Of a DNA stretch of 64,000 nt, positions 17,426 to 32,800 are shown piece by piece. A program made the translations under genes and the position numbers. The notes under the pieces were generated by a model. The model did no database searches, was not told the DNA's origin, and worked only from the letters and a program-made list of their open reading frames with translations. Positions within the stretch are counted from its first letter, which is position 1. The number at the start of each line of letters is the position of its first letter. The stretch is taken from IMG/VR virus record IMGVR_UViG_3300032323_001214, positions 62,001 to 126,000 of that record; one strand, given 5' to 3'.

Positions 17426-20400
17426 ATGGCTACAAGTTCACGACAATCAGCAATATTCGGCGTCAATGACTGGAAAGCAATTTACCAGACATTCCGTGAG
17501 GCCGACTTTAAAAGTTACGACTATGAAACTTTGCGTAAAAGCTTCATAGATTATCTACGAGTATACTATCCGGAGACGTTTAATGACTTCATCGAATCTA
17601 GTGAGTTCATCGCTCTATTAGACATTATTGCGTTTATGGGTCAGGGTCTTGCATTTCGCAATGACTTAAATGCACGTGAAAATTTTATTGATACCGCTGA
17701 ACGTAGAGATAGTGTTATTAAACTAGCCAACTTAGTGAGTTATAACGCTAAAAGAAACTTAGCAGCACAGGGTTACATTAAAGTAACTAGCATACAAACA
17801 ACAGAAGATATCACGGATATTAATGGATTTAACTTAAGCAACGTTCCGGTATTATGGAATGATCCGGCAAACTCTAACTGGCTAAATCAATACAATACTA
17901 TTGTAAACGCAACATTAATTAATAGCCAACGTGTAGGTCGTCCTGGTAATTCTGCACAATTATTGGGTATAAAAACAGACGAATACACTATTAACATTCC
18001 CGGTGGTAACTTACCGGTAGTACCATTCTCCTCTGTTGTCGATAATCAGACAATGAATTTTGAACTTGTCAGTGTTACAAGTTTGGATGAAGATTATGTG
18101 TACGAAATTCCACCTGCACCAACTGGCAAATTTAACATGCTATATCGTAACGATAAATTAGGTTACGGTAGTCCAAACACAGGGTTCTTCTTCTATTTTA
18201 AACAAGGGCGCTTACAAAGTTATGATTTTAATCTACAACAACAAATCAGCAATCAAGTTGTAGACATTAGTGATATTCAGGGTGTTAACAATACAGACAC
18301 ATGGCTATTTCAATTGAATACAGATAACACTAGCGTAGTAACAAGAACACTATGGAGAGAAGTAGAAAACGTATACGCTGATGCATATCTACAAACAGAA
18401 ACTAGTGGTAAGAAAATTTTCTCGGTCGTATCACGTTACAATGACCAAGTAAGTTACAGTTTTGGTGACGGAGTATTTTCTGAGATTCCAGTTGGTACAT
18501 TTAGATCATATGTCCGTGCAGGTAATGCATTGACATATACTATCGATCCAACAGAAATGCAAGGATTGAGCGTTACTATAAATTATATTAGTCGAGCAGG
18601 AAGAACAGAAGCACTAACATTAGGATTAGAATTACAATTACCAGTATCAAATGCACAAGCAAGAGAAACACTATCAAATATTAAACAACGTGCCCCTGCC
18701 CGCTACTACACACAAAATAGAATGGTCAATGGAGAAGATTATAACAATTTCCCATATACTTTGTATAATTCAATAATCAAGAGTAAAGCAATCAATCGTA
18801 GTTCTATTGGTGTGTCAAAGAATTTAGACTTATTAGATCCTACTGGAAAATACTCCAGCACTAATTCATTTGCTAATGATGGTGCTGTATATCAAAATAG
18901 TGATGATGGTAACTTAGGATTAACTATAACTAATACCGGTGATATTATTACATTTTTAACAACTACATTGGCTGCTGAACTAGCAGACAATAGGGCAAGA
19001 CAATATTACTTACAAAACTTTACACGATATGCTGTTAACAGCACAACAGGTGACGGAACTGTTTATTGGAAAGAATCTACTGTTGACGCAAATAGTGTTA
19101 CTGGATATTTTTATAATATAAGTGGCAGTAATGAAGTACCTATACCAATTGGTACATATTCAACATACAGTATGAAATATGCTACTAAAGGTGCTATGAT
19201 AAAACTTACTGCACCTGCAGGTTATTATTTTGATAGTAACAATCGTTTGGTTGCTGGCATTCCTGGATCTAGTAACTCTACTTATATTTGGACAACCGTG
19301 TTAAATGTAGTAGGTGATGGATATAATAACGGTGAAGGTCAATTTAGTAATGGCACCGGTCCAGTCACATTAAATGCGTATGTACCTGAAGGTGTTATAG
19401 TAACGCAAATTATACCTGCATTTGATAATTCATTGCCTGCTCTTGTTATACAAGAATGTATTACTAGAATGGAATTGAATCAAGATTTTTCACTAGTGTT
19501 CAACAATTCATTAGTAGTGTCTCAAGACAGATGGAGTGTGGAAGCATACAATGCTACAAACTGGTTTGTGAATTTTAATAGTTTGGGTAATAATGTTTAT
19601 CAAATTGCATATAGAAGCCTGCGATATTATTTTGGAAGTGTAGCAGATACTCGTTTTAATTTTGAGACAGGCAAATTAGTTTACGATCCTTTTACCGGTA
19701 AAGTATTACAAGATTATATAAAAGTGCTTGCTACAAACACACAGTATAATTCTAATTATCCATTAAGTAAACCAGTACAAATGAGTATTTTAGGACAGAC
19801 CGTTGAAAGTGATGGATACGTCAATGACTTTGAAGTGGAAGTAGCTAGTATTGATGAGAACGATAGAACAATCATAAGTGATCCTGATTTCTTTAGTTCA
19901 ATTACTGGATACACACCTAATAGTTCTAATATAGGAATATATGCATTTTTTGAATTAGTTGAAGATGCTATTAGTTTGTCTCGTTATCAAATCATACCTA
20001 GCACCAGTGTGAGTTATGCATATGCAACTAAGACACAAATTGAAGTTGTAAAGTATGAATACCCTGAAGGACAATTATTTTATGCATTTGTTGAAAATAA
20101 ATTTTACACATCTGTACAAGATGATACAGTAAACACTCCTTTCTATGTGTTGATTGAACAACCTCAGTATTCTATTCAATATGGTCGTCAAGGATTACAG
20201 TTTCAATATCGCCACAACAGTAACAACACGACACGTATCGATCCTGCAACAACAAACATTATTGATTTGTATCTAGTAACACAGTCTTATTATACACAAT
20301 ATCAAAATTGGATACAAGATACGACCGGTAGTATTCCAGAACCAAACAAACCCACTATTAATGAGTTAAATCAGTCATATGGTAGATTACAAGACTATAA

Positions 20401-20809
20401 GATGTTAAGCGATAGTTTAATACCTAACAGTGTTATATTCAAACCATTATTTGGTGCGAAAGCTGCACCGGCATTACGTGCTACTGTTAAAGTAGTTAAA
20501 GCCGCTAATACTAATGCAAGTAATAGTGAAATACGTAGCGCAGTATTATCTTCAATGAATAGTTATTTTAATATTAATAACTGGAACTTTGGAGACACGT
20601 TTTATTTTTCTGAATTAAGTGCATATCTGCACGATCAATTAGGAGAAATAATTAGTTCAGTGGTACTTGTACCAAACAACCCTACACAATCTTTTGGTGA
20701 CTTATATGAAATTAAATGTGCCCCTTACGAAATCTTTCAAAATGCAGCTACAGCATCTGATATACAGGTAATAGCCGCACTTACTCCCGCCGAATTGCAA
20801 ATAAGATAA
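17426..20809 (+). CDS. Baseplate wedge subunit gp6-like (baseplate J family)
   Basis: DFKSYDYETLR, ENFIDTAERRDSVIKLA, FGDGVF, ETLSNIKQRAP..YYTQNRMVNGEDY motifs. Confidence 0.88.
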   Translation: MATSSRQSAIFGVNDWKAIYQTFREADFKSYDYETLRKSFIDYLRVYYPETFNDFIESSEFIALLDIIAFMGQGLAFRNDLNARENFIDTAERRDSVIKLANLVSYNAKRNLAAQGYIKVTSIQTTEDITDINGFNLSNVPVLWNDPANSNWLNQYNTIVNATLINSQRVGRPGNSAQLLGIKTDEYTINIPGGNLPVVPFSSVVDNQTMNFELVSVTSLDEDYVYEIPPAPTGKFNMLYRNDKLGYGSPNTGFFFYFKQGRLQSYDFNLQQQISNQVVDISDIQGVNNTDTWLFQLNTDNTSVVTRTLWREVENVYADAYLQTETSGKKIFSVVSRYNDQVSYSFGDGVFSEIPVGTFRSYVRAGNALTYTIDPTEMQGLSVTINYISRAGRTEALTLGLELQLPVSNAQARETLSNIKQRAPARYYTQNRMVNGEDYNNFPYTLYNSIIKSKAINRSSIGVSKNLDLLDPTGKYSSTNSFANDGAVYQNSDDGNLGLTITNTGDIITFLTTTLAAELADNRARQYYLQNFTRYAVNSTTGDGTVYWKESTVDANSVTGYFYNISGSNEVPIPIGTYSTYSMKYATKGAMIKLTAPAGYYFDSNNRLVAGIPGSSNSTYIWTTVLNVVGDGYNNGEGQFSNGTGPVTLNAYVPEGVIVTQIIPAFDNSLPALVIQECITRMELNQDFSLVFNNSLVVSQDRWSVEAYNATNWFVNFNSLGNNVYQIAYRSLRYYFGSVADTRFNFETGKLVYDPFTGKVLQDYIKVLATNTQYNSNYPLSKPVQMSILGQTVESDGYVNDFEVEVASIDENDRTIISDPDFFSSITGYTPNSSNIGIYAFFELVEDAISLSRYQIIPSTSVSYAYATKTQIEVVKYEYPEGQLFYAFVENKFYTSVQDDTVNTPFYVLIEQPQYSIQYGRQGLQFQYRHNSNNTTRIDPATTNIIDLYLVTQSYYTQYQNWIQDTTGSIPEPNKPTINELNQSYGRLQDYKMLSDSLIPNSVIFKPLFGAKAAPALRATVKVVKAANTNASNSEIRSAVLSSMNSYFNINNWNFGDTFYFSELSAYLHDQLGEIISSVVLVPNNPTQSFGDLYEIKCAPYEIFQNAATASDIQVIAALTPAELQIR

Positions 20810-20834
20810 GTAATATAATTGATAGAGATTTAAT

Positions 20835-23800
20835 ATGGCCACAAGTACAAGAATTAGAACACTAAACTTTTTACCAGACATTTTCAAAACAACAACCAAT
20901 GCTCAGTTTTTAGCGGCTACATTGGATCAAATTGTTGACCAACCAAATACGGAACGTATTGAAGGTTATATTGGTAGTAAGTTTGGCTACGGCATAAATG
21001 CGAAAAACAAATATGTAATTGAACCAACTAAAACACGAACAGATTATCAACTAGATCCAGGTGTAGCTTTCTTAAAGAAAGATACAGGTATTGCACAAGA
21101 TTTTATCAGTTATCCTGGCATAATTGATGCATTGAAGCTTGAAGGTGGTATCACAAACAATAATGATAGATTGTTTGAAAGCCAAATCTATTCATGGGAT
21201 AGCTTCACTGACTTAGATAAAATAATTAACTTCAATCAATATTATTGGTTACCAGAAGGTCCTGATCCAGTAACAATTTCTACCGACATTGTTTTCAATG
21301 CATCTGATTATATTATTACTGATGCCCCAAATGGTTACAACGTAACTGCTGATGGACAAGCACAGGGTTCTACAAATCCTACGCTAACGTTATTGCGTGG
21401 CGGAACATATAGATTTAGTGTCAACCAAGATAGTCAATTTTGGATTCAAGGCGCCCCGGGCGTTACTGGCTTAGACCCCACACAAACAAACGTTCAAACA
21501 CGTGATGTATTTGGTGTTTCTAATAACGGTGAGGAAGTAGGTATAGTGACATTTACTGTTCCAGCAAAAGATGCACTAGATGAATATAATTTTCCAGGAA
21601 ATAACATAGTTGATGTAGTATCCACTACTCCGTACGACCAAATTAACGGACAACTACTAAGTACTGTTGGAAATATTGATGGTATTAGTTCACTAAATGG
21701 CCTTACTGTAATGTTTTACAATACAGGTGTACCCAATGAACAAGGTTATATAAGTAATTTCTTTGATGAAACTAACTTTGACGTAAACAGTAATTTGGTA
21801 CCGGCACAAACAATTACTATTAGCTCCACTAATTCTACTGGAAATGTAATAACATGTTCTTCTACTGCTAACTTAGTAGTGGGACAAACTATAACATTTT
21901 CTGGATCTACTTTTGGTGGAATACTAGTATACGATGCCGTATTTCCAAATACAATATATTATGTAAATTCTATCATTAGCCCCACTGAATTTACTATTGC
22001 ACAACAATTATTTGATGTTGGTGTAACCCCTTTCAGTGTATCGACTGCTAGTGGTTCAGGTTTAATCGCTAACATTAATCAAGGCTTAAATGAAGAAGGT
22101 TATTACACTGATGTAACCGCAACATTTTACCGTATAACTTATGCGGGTAGCGTGAGTGATCCAGTATTAAGATTAGTAGAAGTTGGACCTATTCCTACTA
22201 ATCAAAAAATTACTGCACAATATGGTACTGCTTGGATCGCTAGAAATTTTTATAGAAACGTTGCGGGAACAATTAATTTAGTTCCATATAACAGTGCAAT
22301 ATTAGATGTGTTATATTATCAAGATGGTACTTCCGGTAATAAGGTTGGTCAATTACGTATAATTAATAGCAACACTACTAATCGTATTGATGTAGTAGAA
22401 GATATATTAGGTAAAAAACAATATACAGCACCAAACGGTGTACAATTTACCAATGGCTTAAAAGTGGTATTTCAAGGTGACATCTATCCTGTAAGCTACG
22501 AGAATGTTCAATATTATGTTGAAGGTGTAGGTACTGCCATTCAATTAATACCGGTATCAGATTTAATAGCACCTGAACCGTTTACCTCAAGCACATATAT
22601 ACCATATGATACTTTACCTTATGATATTGGTAACTATGACAGTAACTTATATATACCAGTAACTCCAGATTACATTACTATCGCTAGAAACAGTATTAAT
22701 AAAAATCCATGGTCACGTAGCAATCGTTGGTTCCATATTGATGTTATCACTGCTACTGCTACATACAATAATAACCCAAATTTTGTAACTATAGCAGCCA
22801 CACAAGAAAATAAAGCAAAACGACCAATCATTGAATTCTATCCTAACTTAAGATTATTCAACTCAGGATATTTAGGTAAAGCTCCAATTGACTTTATTGA
22901 TTTTAGAACAACTGATGCGTTTGAATACGTTGCGGGTCAAGAAAATTATTACCCGGACGTTGAAGTATATACTGCATACACAGCTACAATTAATAGCGCA
23001 GTTTCAAGCACGACTACTACAATCTCATTATCTACGTCAGATATTGTTGGTACATTTCAAGTTGGTCAATATATAAATGACACAACTAATTTGTTGCCAA
23101 CTAATGCACAAATTAGTAATATCAGTGTTGCATCTGGCATCACTACACTGACAGTCACTTGGTTAGGCAATTACACATTTGGTAGCACTACTGTAGCTTC
23201 ATTGATTGCTAACGATGGTCAGAATGATAACTATGCATTATTTGATGGTGCCAGAATTGTTTTTGCCGCAGACACAAATGAAAATGTAAAAGACAAAATA
23301 TATGTGGTAAGATTTTCTTCAATCACACCACTATCAACTCCTGTGATTACTCTTACCCCAGCAGATGACGGTGAAGTTCTTCCATTAGAACAAACTGTTG
23401 CATTTAGAGGATTTAATTATAAGGGTAAAGATTTCTACTTTGATAGTATTGATTGGTTAGAATCACAACAAAAAACAACAGTTAATCAACCTCCGTTGTT
23501 TGATATCTTCGATGAAAATGGTATAAGCTTATCAAATAGTGAGTACTATGTTGGTACATCTTTTAAGGGTAATAAATTATTTTCATATGGATTGGGATCA
23601 GGATTAGATGATTCCATCTTAGGCTTCCCAATACGATATAGTTCAATAGACAACGTAGGTGATATTAGTTTTGATGTATCACTTAACGCAGACACATTCA
23701 ATTATGTTAGAGGGACTACGCCCATAACTCAAAGAGTTAACACAGGATATGTTTATAACTACACCGTTTTAGGTGAACAGTATAGACAAATTGGTTGGGA

Positions 23801-26800
23801 AACTGCAGTGGGCAGTAGTGTTCAGTATCAACTATTTGAATTTAATTACTTTGCAAGTTCACCTACAACCACATACACATGTGACGTATCAATGCTTAGT
23901 CCCGATGCATCAGCATGGCCTACCTTGCAAGTATATGTGAATAACGTACTACAAACAGGAACATACACAGTAACTGTTGGACCAAATAGTACCGTTATTA
24001 ATCTTGAAGTACCTGATCCATTAGTAGATACAGTAGTGCAAGTATCAATTTTGAGTAATCAAGTAAGTAAAATTGGATATTATTCTGTACCTATTAACTT
24101 GAATAATAACCCATTGAACCAAGATATAGTTGTAGCAAACGTAGGTGATATTCGTGGTCAATATCAAAGTATCTTCTACAATAACCCTGACATTACCGGT
24201 GTTGTATTTGGTGCTAACAATTATCGTGACTTGGGCAATCTTGTTCCATGGGGCAATCGAATTATACAGAACAGCGCAAGCTTAGTATTGCCTGGCACGT
24301 TCCTTCGCAAACAAAATCACAATCTATTCAATGCGTTAATGTTTAACAGCAAAGAATATATTAATTTCAAAACATTGTTAGTTGGCACAGTTAACAACAC
24401 TGACTATAGCCGACACTATCCTCCTGCATATATGCTAGACGATGCACTGGATCAAATAACAGCTAGTAAAACAGAAGATGAATCATTCTTCTGGAGCGAT
24501 ATGTTACCGAATAAAGCAGCCTATATTACTAACACATATAGTTTTGCAAATAGTTTGGACGTATCGATATATCCATTGAGTAAGGTTTATAACTATGATA
24601 CCGCAAATTACAATGGTATTTTAGTATACTTAACAAGAACAACCAGTGGCGTAACAACGACCACTCAATTGATAAAAGGAATCGACTACACCGTAAGTTC
24701 AACTAGTCCTGCATTAACAGTTGAAACTGACTTGTTGCCCGGTGATCAGATTACTATCAATGAGTATAATCAAACATATGGTAGTTACTGCCCCAATACA
24801 CCCACTAAGTTAGGTCTATATCCAAGCACAATTCCTCAAGTTATACTAGATAGTAACTATGTAACACCTACCTATTTTATAGTAGGACATGATGGATCAT
24901 ACAACAAATTGTATGGTGATTATATCGATGGACAATTGATTGATTTTAGAGATCAAGTATTGTTAGAATTTGAAAAACGTGTCTACAATAACTTAAAATT
25001 AAGTAATGTTATTCCTATTAATGAATCGGATGTTATACCTGGGTTTTGGAGAACAACTGACTACAGTTTAGATGAAATAAAACAGATATATTCTATAAAC
25101 TTTTTAAACTGGGTAGGACAGAATCGTGTTAATTACAAAAAACAAGTTTACAATGCAAATAATCAATACACTTACAACTACAATCGTAGCGGTAACAAAA
25201 TAAACAGAGATCCAATTCCACAAGGTTATTGGAGAGGTATATATGAATACTTCTATGACACAAGTAATCCTGATACTAAACCATGGGAAATGTTAGGTTT
25301 TGCAAATCAACCAACATGGTGGGCATCGAGATACGGATCAGCACCCTATACAAGTGATAACTTAGTATTGTGGGGGGATTTAGCTGCCGGTTATATTTGG
25401 AATGACGGCGTGCCATACGTCAATGAAGCATATGTAAGACCTGAATTGTTACAAGTGTTGCCGGTCGATACTGCAGGTAATTTGGTATCACCGTTTATAG
25501 CAATCGTAGGTAATTACTATAACCAATCATTTGTGAGAGATTGGGCTGTAGGAGATGTTGGTCCAACAGAATTTAGCTATCGTAGAAGTAGCACATGGCC
25601 ATTTGATCTAATGAAGATGTATGCGTTAACTAAACCTGCAGAGTTTTTTAACTTAGGGGTTGACATTGACAACTACAAATACAATGCAGAATTTAATCAA
25701 TATCTGGTTAACGACAGAAGCCACTTAGTAATTAGTGATGTAGAAATATATGGTAATGGTACTCCTAAAACAAGTTACATAAATTGGATTGTTGACTACG
25801 AGAAACAATTAGGGGTTGACGCAACAAAGAATATTACTGAACTACTAGATAACTTGGATGTAAGGTTAGTGTATCGTTTGGCTGGATTCTCTGACAAGAG
25901 TTTATTAAAGTTCTACGTTGAAAAGGGAACACCTAATAGCAATAACGCATCATTATTGATTCCTGATGAAAGCTTTGGTGTATTATTATATGACAATCAA
26001 CCATTCGAACGTATCGTTTACAGTGGGGTGATAGTTCAAAGCACGCCTGAGGGTTATTTCAAAGTATATGGTAACTCACAAACTAATGCATATTTTACTA
26101 TATCGAATCCTAAAATAAATGGTAACTATGACAGAATTACTTTGCAGAATTTGTCTGTACAAGTACCTAAAGATTATTATGATACTACCACTATAGTATC
26201 ATATGGAACCGAATTTTACTCATTACAAGAAGTTGCAGTATTTTTAAGTTCATATGGTAGATACTTGTCTACTCAGGGCGTATTGTTTGATCAAATCGAA
26301 ACTGGTCTAGAAGTTTCATGGAATCAAATGGTTGCTGAATTCTTATATTGGGCACAGAGTGGATGGGAACCGGGAAGTCTTATCAATTTAAATCCGGCAG
26401 CTAGTTTGATTTCTATAAACAAAGACAGCTATATTGTTCAACCATTAACACTACAACAACAAAACTTTATTCTAAATCAAAACTTATATCCAATACAATC
26501 CGTTGATATGTCAATTGTGCGTGATGGTACGTTGTTTACAGCACAACCTTTAAATCAAGGTGACACTGTTGCGTATGGACAATTTAACATCAGTAATTTT
26601 GAACATGGTATTGTATTTGATAATGTAACATTATTTGATGATATCATTTATAATTTGATAACAGGTTTGCGCCAACAACGAATTATTGTTCGTGGTACTA
26701 AAACTGCTGAGTGGAACGGTACTATTGATGCTCAAGGTTTTATTCTTAACCAAGACAATATTATTGAGTGGAATAATGAGACAAAGTATACCACTGGTTC

Positions 26801-29800
26801 TATTGTCAAATACAAAAATAAGTATTGGATAGCAGTAAAGATAATACAAGCTAGTGAAGTATTCGATGAACGTGATTGGAAAGAAACAGATTATAATGAA
26901 ATACAAAAAGGTCTATTACCAAACTCAAGTACACGTAGCTATGAGAGCACATTGTATTATGATGTAAACAAGGCCAACCTAGAAAATGATGCTGACTTGT
27001 TAAGCTTCAGTTTAATTGGATATCGCCCACGTGATTATTTGGCTCTTGTTGACCTAACTGACATTACACAGATTAATGTATATAAAAACTTTATTAAGAA
27101 TAAAGGTACATTGAATGCAGTATCTGCATTTAAAGGCGCAAACTTACCACAGGGTGGTATTGATTATGAAGTATACGAGAACTGGGCAATTAAAGCAGGT
27201 GAATTTGGAGGTGTATTAAACAGTAACTTTGTAGAGTTTAAGTTAAACCAATCTGAATTAACTGGTAACCCATCTACTGTAGAATTAACTAACGGGGCGT
27301 ACACTCAAGGAATACAACAACAAGTTCCGTTGTATAACATTTTCAATTACGGTAGACCAATAAATTCTCCTAATGTATTACCCACACTACCAATAGATAC
27401 TCCTAATGTATTGTTTCCAGACGCAGGCTACGTAAGTTTTGAAGATGTCAAAACGTATGCATACTATTACTTTGGATTGACTGGTGCTGAAACACCTATA
27501 ACAAGACTATATCAAGGTGATTATGTTTGGATCGCTAACTTACAAGGTACATGGCAGATCATGTCACCATTATCTTTGGGTACCGTAATAGAAGCAAGAA
27601 ATCTAGCAAATGGTACTATTACTCTACGATTTGCAACAGCACACGCATTAACAAAGTATTCAGCATTTGCAGTAACTAACTTTGATAATAGAGTCAATGG
27701 ATACTATACTGTTCAAAATGTCATTGATCCGTTTACTGTATTAGTTTCTGCTAATTTGAATCCATCAGTGCAAACCATTACAGGTCAAGGTATTGGCTTT
27801 AAGTTCCAATCACATCGTGCTCAAGAACCTAGCGACATTATCAATTTACCATTGCTTAACAACGAATTTGTAAAAAACAAAGTATGGGTCGATCTTGGCA
27901 ACGAAGGTAGCTGGCAAGTTTATCGTAAGAGTTTGAACTACACATATAGTAATGAAATTGTAAAAGCTAATTCACAATCATTTGGTAGTGCAGTAGCATA
28001 TACTGACAATATTGGTTATTTAATTGCTGATGCAGATGCCGGCGTAATGTACCGATATATCTATAATGCATTGACCGAACAGTATGAGCTATTCCAAACA
28101 TATACCGGATCTGCGTCTTTTGGTACAACTATAAGTTATGCAGGTGATACGTTTGTCGTATCACAACCTACAGGATCAACCGCAAGTGATAGAACTATCA
28201 ATATCTATCAACTGGTATCTACTACGTTGACTGATAGGCTTGAATTAATTCAAGAACCAATTCAAGCACCATCAAGTTCTATAACAAATTGGGGAAGTGC
28301 AACTGCAATTTCCGGAGATCAAAATTGGTTATATGTTTCTGACACTGTGAATAACAGAGTATATGTATATCGTAAATCACAAGTAACTGGAAAATATGAA
28401 TATGTAAACATTATATCAATCACAGGAGTTGGCGGTCTAGATCAATTTGGATATTCATTATCCACAGATTACTATGGATATACTTTAGTAATCGGCACAC
28501 CAGATCAAAACTATAGTTCAACGATTGACAATTCTGGCTACAGCTACATCTTTGATAGACTATATCAGAACTTTGAAGCACAATCTTCAAGTCAACCGTT
28601 CATCCCGTTGTTGTTTAATTTAGCAGTTAATACCAATACTACTACATATAATGCCAGTGCAACTACAGCAGGATCTAACAAAATAAATGTAGATACACTA
28701 CAAGGGTTGACTGTGGGTACTCCATCAGTATTCACTGGTCCTGTGTTTGGTGATATTTCATTGAACACTGTGTATTATATACGTGATACCTTTTCTCCTG
28801 CTAATCAAGTAACACTATCAACTAACAAGTATACAGAAACAGTTGATAATACATATGCAACAGGCAATAAAATTCGTGTAAGTAGTAATTCAGACTTTGT
28901 AGTAAACGCACCAATTGTGTTTTACGGTGAGACAGGTACTTCCAACATTGTATCTGGTACAAAATACTATATAAAATCAATTACAACAGTAACGATTGAC
29001 ACTATTAACTATGATGCTATCACAATATCTACAACGATAGGTGGCTCTACATTTACTGTTTCAAATAGTGACTTGAATGTAACAGCAGTAACATTTGGCA
29101 ATGAAGTAACATTGTCTTCTGATACAGGTACAATGACACTAAATGCACAAACACAACCTGTGTCAGTGTCTGTAAATGGTACAACTATTTCTGAAGATCA
29201 GTATGCAGTAATAGGCAATGTATTAAACATGTACGGTAATATAACAGCCGGTGACATTATTACATTAGATAGTTCAACATTTGTACTGATGCAAACATTA
29301 TCTACGGGAACTACCCCTAGAGTAGGTACACAATTTGGTCAAAGCGTTGCTGTTAATAAATATGCATCAGAAGTTTTAGTTGGTGCACCCTTCCAAATAA
29401 GTGAGACTGCAGGTGAAGGTGCAGTCTATCGATTTACTAACGGTGGCGGCAAATATGGTATGATTACCGGTACCGTCGATTGTAATTTAACATCAAGTGA
29501 AACAATTTTAATTAATGGTTTTGTAGTAACATTGCCTATAGGTGGTGCAACAGGCGCAGCTAATGCTATTAATAAAGCAAACATTACAAACGTTCAGGCC
29601 GCAAATGTTGATGACAAATTAGTAATCAGTCTAGTCAACACATCACTTGCGACCATCAATGACAAGTTAAACATAGCCGCACTAAGTCCCACAGCATATA
29701 CTGGCATGGGTATTGCTCCATATACATTGACACAAACAATTACATGTCCTCATGTTGGTGGTGCTACACAATTTGGTGAAAAAATAAAATTTAATGAGTT

Positions 29801-32800
29801 TGGATCATTCATTGTAAGTGCGCCAGCTGGCACAAGATTTGCAGGCACAACATTTGATTCAACTGATGATGAAAACTTTGATAATGATACAATATTCGAC
29901 AACAACACAACACAATGGGTAGACCCGTTTGCTAATGCTGGCGCAGTATACATGTTTGATTATCTATCAAATTATAATGAAAATTTATTAAACGTTGGTA
30001 ATTTTGTATATGCACAAAGTGTAAATGATATTAATCAAGAATATGGTGATCAACCATATTATGGTCAAGCAATAGATTATAATAACTATACAGTAATAGT
30101 TGGCTCACCACAGTTCAAACCTGCTTTCGTTAATGGGCAAGTAGTTGTTTATACAAATACTGCAGGCGAACAAGACTGGGTTGTGTTCAAAGAATCTAAC
30201 CCAATTGTTGACACATCACGTATTCAAAATGGTTTATTGTATAGTGCAAGCACTAACAATACACTTGAGAATTTAGATTATATCGATCCGTTACAAGGTA
30301 AATTATTGGGCGTTGTGCGTGAGAATATTGACTATGTATCAAACACAGATCCAGCATCATACAACTCACCGAATGCTACAAACAGAGGATCAAGTGTTTG
30401 GGGTTCTCCTCAAATAGGTGAACTATGGTTCGACACAAGCAATACCAGATTTGTGAACTATCATCAACCAGATGTTACCTATAATAGTAAATGGTGGGGT
30501 CGTGTGTTCCCAGGTAGTAACGTGTCAGTTTACTCATGGATTAGCAGTAATGTAGAGCCATCTCAGTATCAAGGACCGGGCGTACCGTACGACACAGATA
30601 ATTATGCTATTGAATTAGTACAAGATGCACGTGGAAGTTTAGTACCACAGTATTTTTATTGGGTACGAAATACAAATATAGTGTTTTCTAAATTAGGAAA
30701 GACTTTATCTGATACTATACTTGAATATTATATTATAAATCCTATAAATTCAGGCATTAGCTACTTTGCACCATTACTACCCAATGCATTTGCACTATAC
30801 AATTCAGATCCATACATCAATAATATTGATACTATATTCCATGTAGGATTTAGCACAGGTACAAACGATGATGTATCACACAGTGTGTATAACTTAATTC
30901 GTGCAAATTATGCAGACGATTTCTTACCTGGTTTACCTGCAACAAATTCATTAGACATACCCGAATCGTTATACGATAGGATGCTTGATAGTTTAGCAGG
31001 CTTGGACGAGACTGGTGCTGTGGTTCCAGACCCATTCTTACCAAAACCAGTACAGTATGGTATCTATGCAAGACCTAGACAAAGTTTCTTTGTTAATAGA
31101 TTTGGCGCGTTACAAAATTACCTACAATATGCTAACGAAGTATTGGCTCAATTCCCGATCACTGAAACTAGAAGTGCTAACTTCTTGTTCCAAGATGGAT
31201 CAGTTAATCCAAGTACAGTGAATAATCCTAATTGGACTGGTGGTACTGAACTATTCTACGATACACAACAATATTGGAATTATATTGATTGGTGGGCTGC
31301 TGGATATAATAACAACACAAAATCAGCATTCCGTGTACCTTTGTACGCAGACCTATCGACATTATCAGTACCATCAGGTACTATAGTTACTGTAGCACAA
31401 AATGGTAATGGTAAGTTTGAAGTATACAGAAGCAATGATGATAATACATGGACCCGTATTGGTCTAGAAGACGGTACAATCGAATTCACTAACACACTTT
31501 GGGACTATGAAGAAGCTCGCTTAGGTTTTGGTGACAACTTCTTTGACACCACACCATATGATTCTTTCCCTAGCCAAGAAACTCGATACATATTACGAGC
31601 ATTGAATGAGCAAATCTATACACAAGAGTTGCAAATTTACAGAAATAAGAGTTTAATTCTGTTATTTGAATATATTCAGTCAGAAACTATTGAAGGTCAA
31701 AATTATTTGCCATGGTTAAACAAAACCTCATTTATCGATGTTGGTCATACTATTCGTGAATTGTTACCTATCGAAGTATTCCAAACTGACAATCAAGATT
31801 TCTTGCAAGGTTATTTAAACGAAGTTAAGCCATATCACGTAGTGATCAAAGAATTCTTGTTTAAGTATACAGGTCAAGATGTGTATGACGGGGATATAAC
31901 TGACTTTGATCTACCGGCACAATATAATTCAACCATACAAAAATTTGTGTCACCTGAACTAGTGTATGCAAACCCAAGTTCTGCATATGAATTCTTGCCA
32001 ACAGATCCTATATGGGAAACACAGGCATACAATCAATGGTTTGACAATTTTGGATTAAGCATCACTGGTGTTAATGGTTATCCTATAACTACCTTGTCAT
32101 CATATATTTCCTTGAACAGTAGTTCATTTACAGTTGACAACAGTTTTGGTTTCCCGATCAACGGCGTAGTTTTAATTGACGCAGAGTTGATTGCGTATTC
32201 TAACGTAGACCGTAGTACTAACACATTGAGTGGATTGACACGTGGTGTAGACGGTACAGCTATTACACAACACATACCCGGGGCACAATTAACTATTGAT
32301 CTTCCTGCTGTATTGTTATTAGATGGCGGCCGCGGTTATACTGAACCACCTAGAGTTACTGCATATTATGATGAGACATTATATGGACCACCAAAACGAC
32401 CAGCGCAACTTGAGGCAGTCATGTTTTTGGATTCAGTATTATCAGTAAATGTAATAGATCCAGGAGCTGGATACCCGGTGTTGCCTGAAATTAGAATCGA
32501 TCCATCTATCTCAATATTGTTCAATTCTACACAAGTAAGCACATTAACAAATACTATCGTGTTGGATACACCTTTGTTACAAACAGGTGATTTGGTTAAG
32601 TATATTGTGGGTGAGAACACCACTGCAGTGGGTGGATTAGATGACGGTCAATATTACTATATAAACGTATTAGAAACTGCTCCGGCATTTACGATTGCGC
32701 TATACACTAACTACGGCGATGCAGTAAATGACCAGCGCAGAGTTGTGTTGTTCGATCAAGGTATTGGTTCTGATAATAAATTAAATTTAAGTGCTAGAGC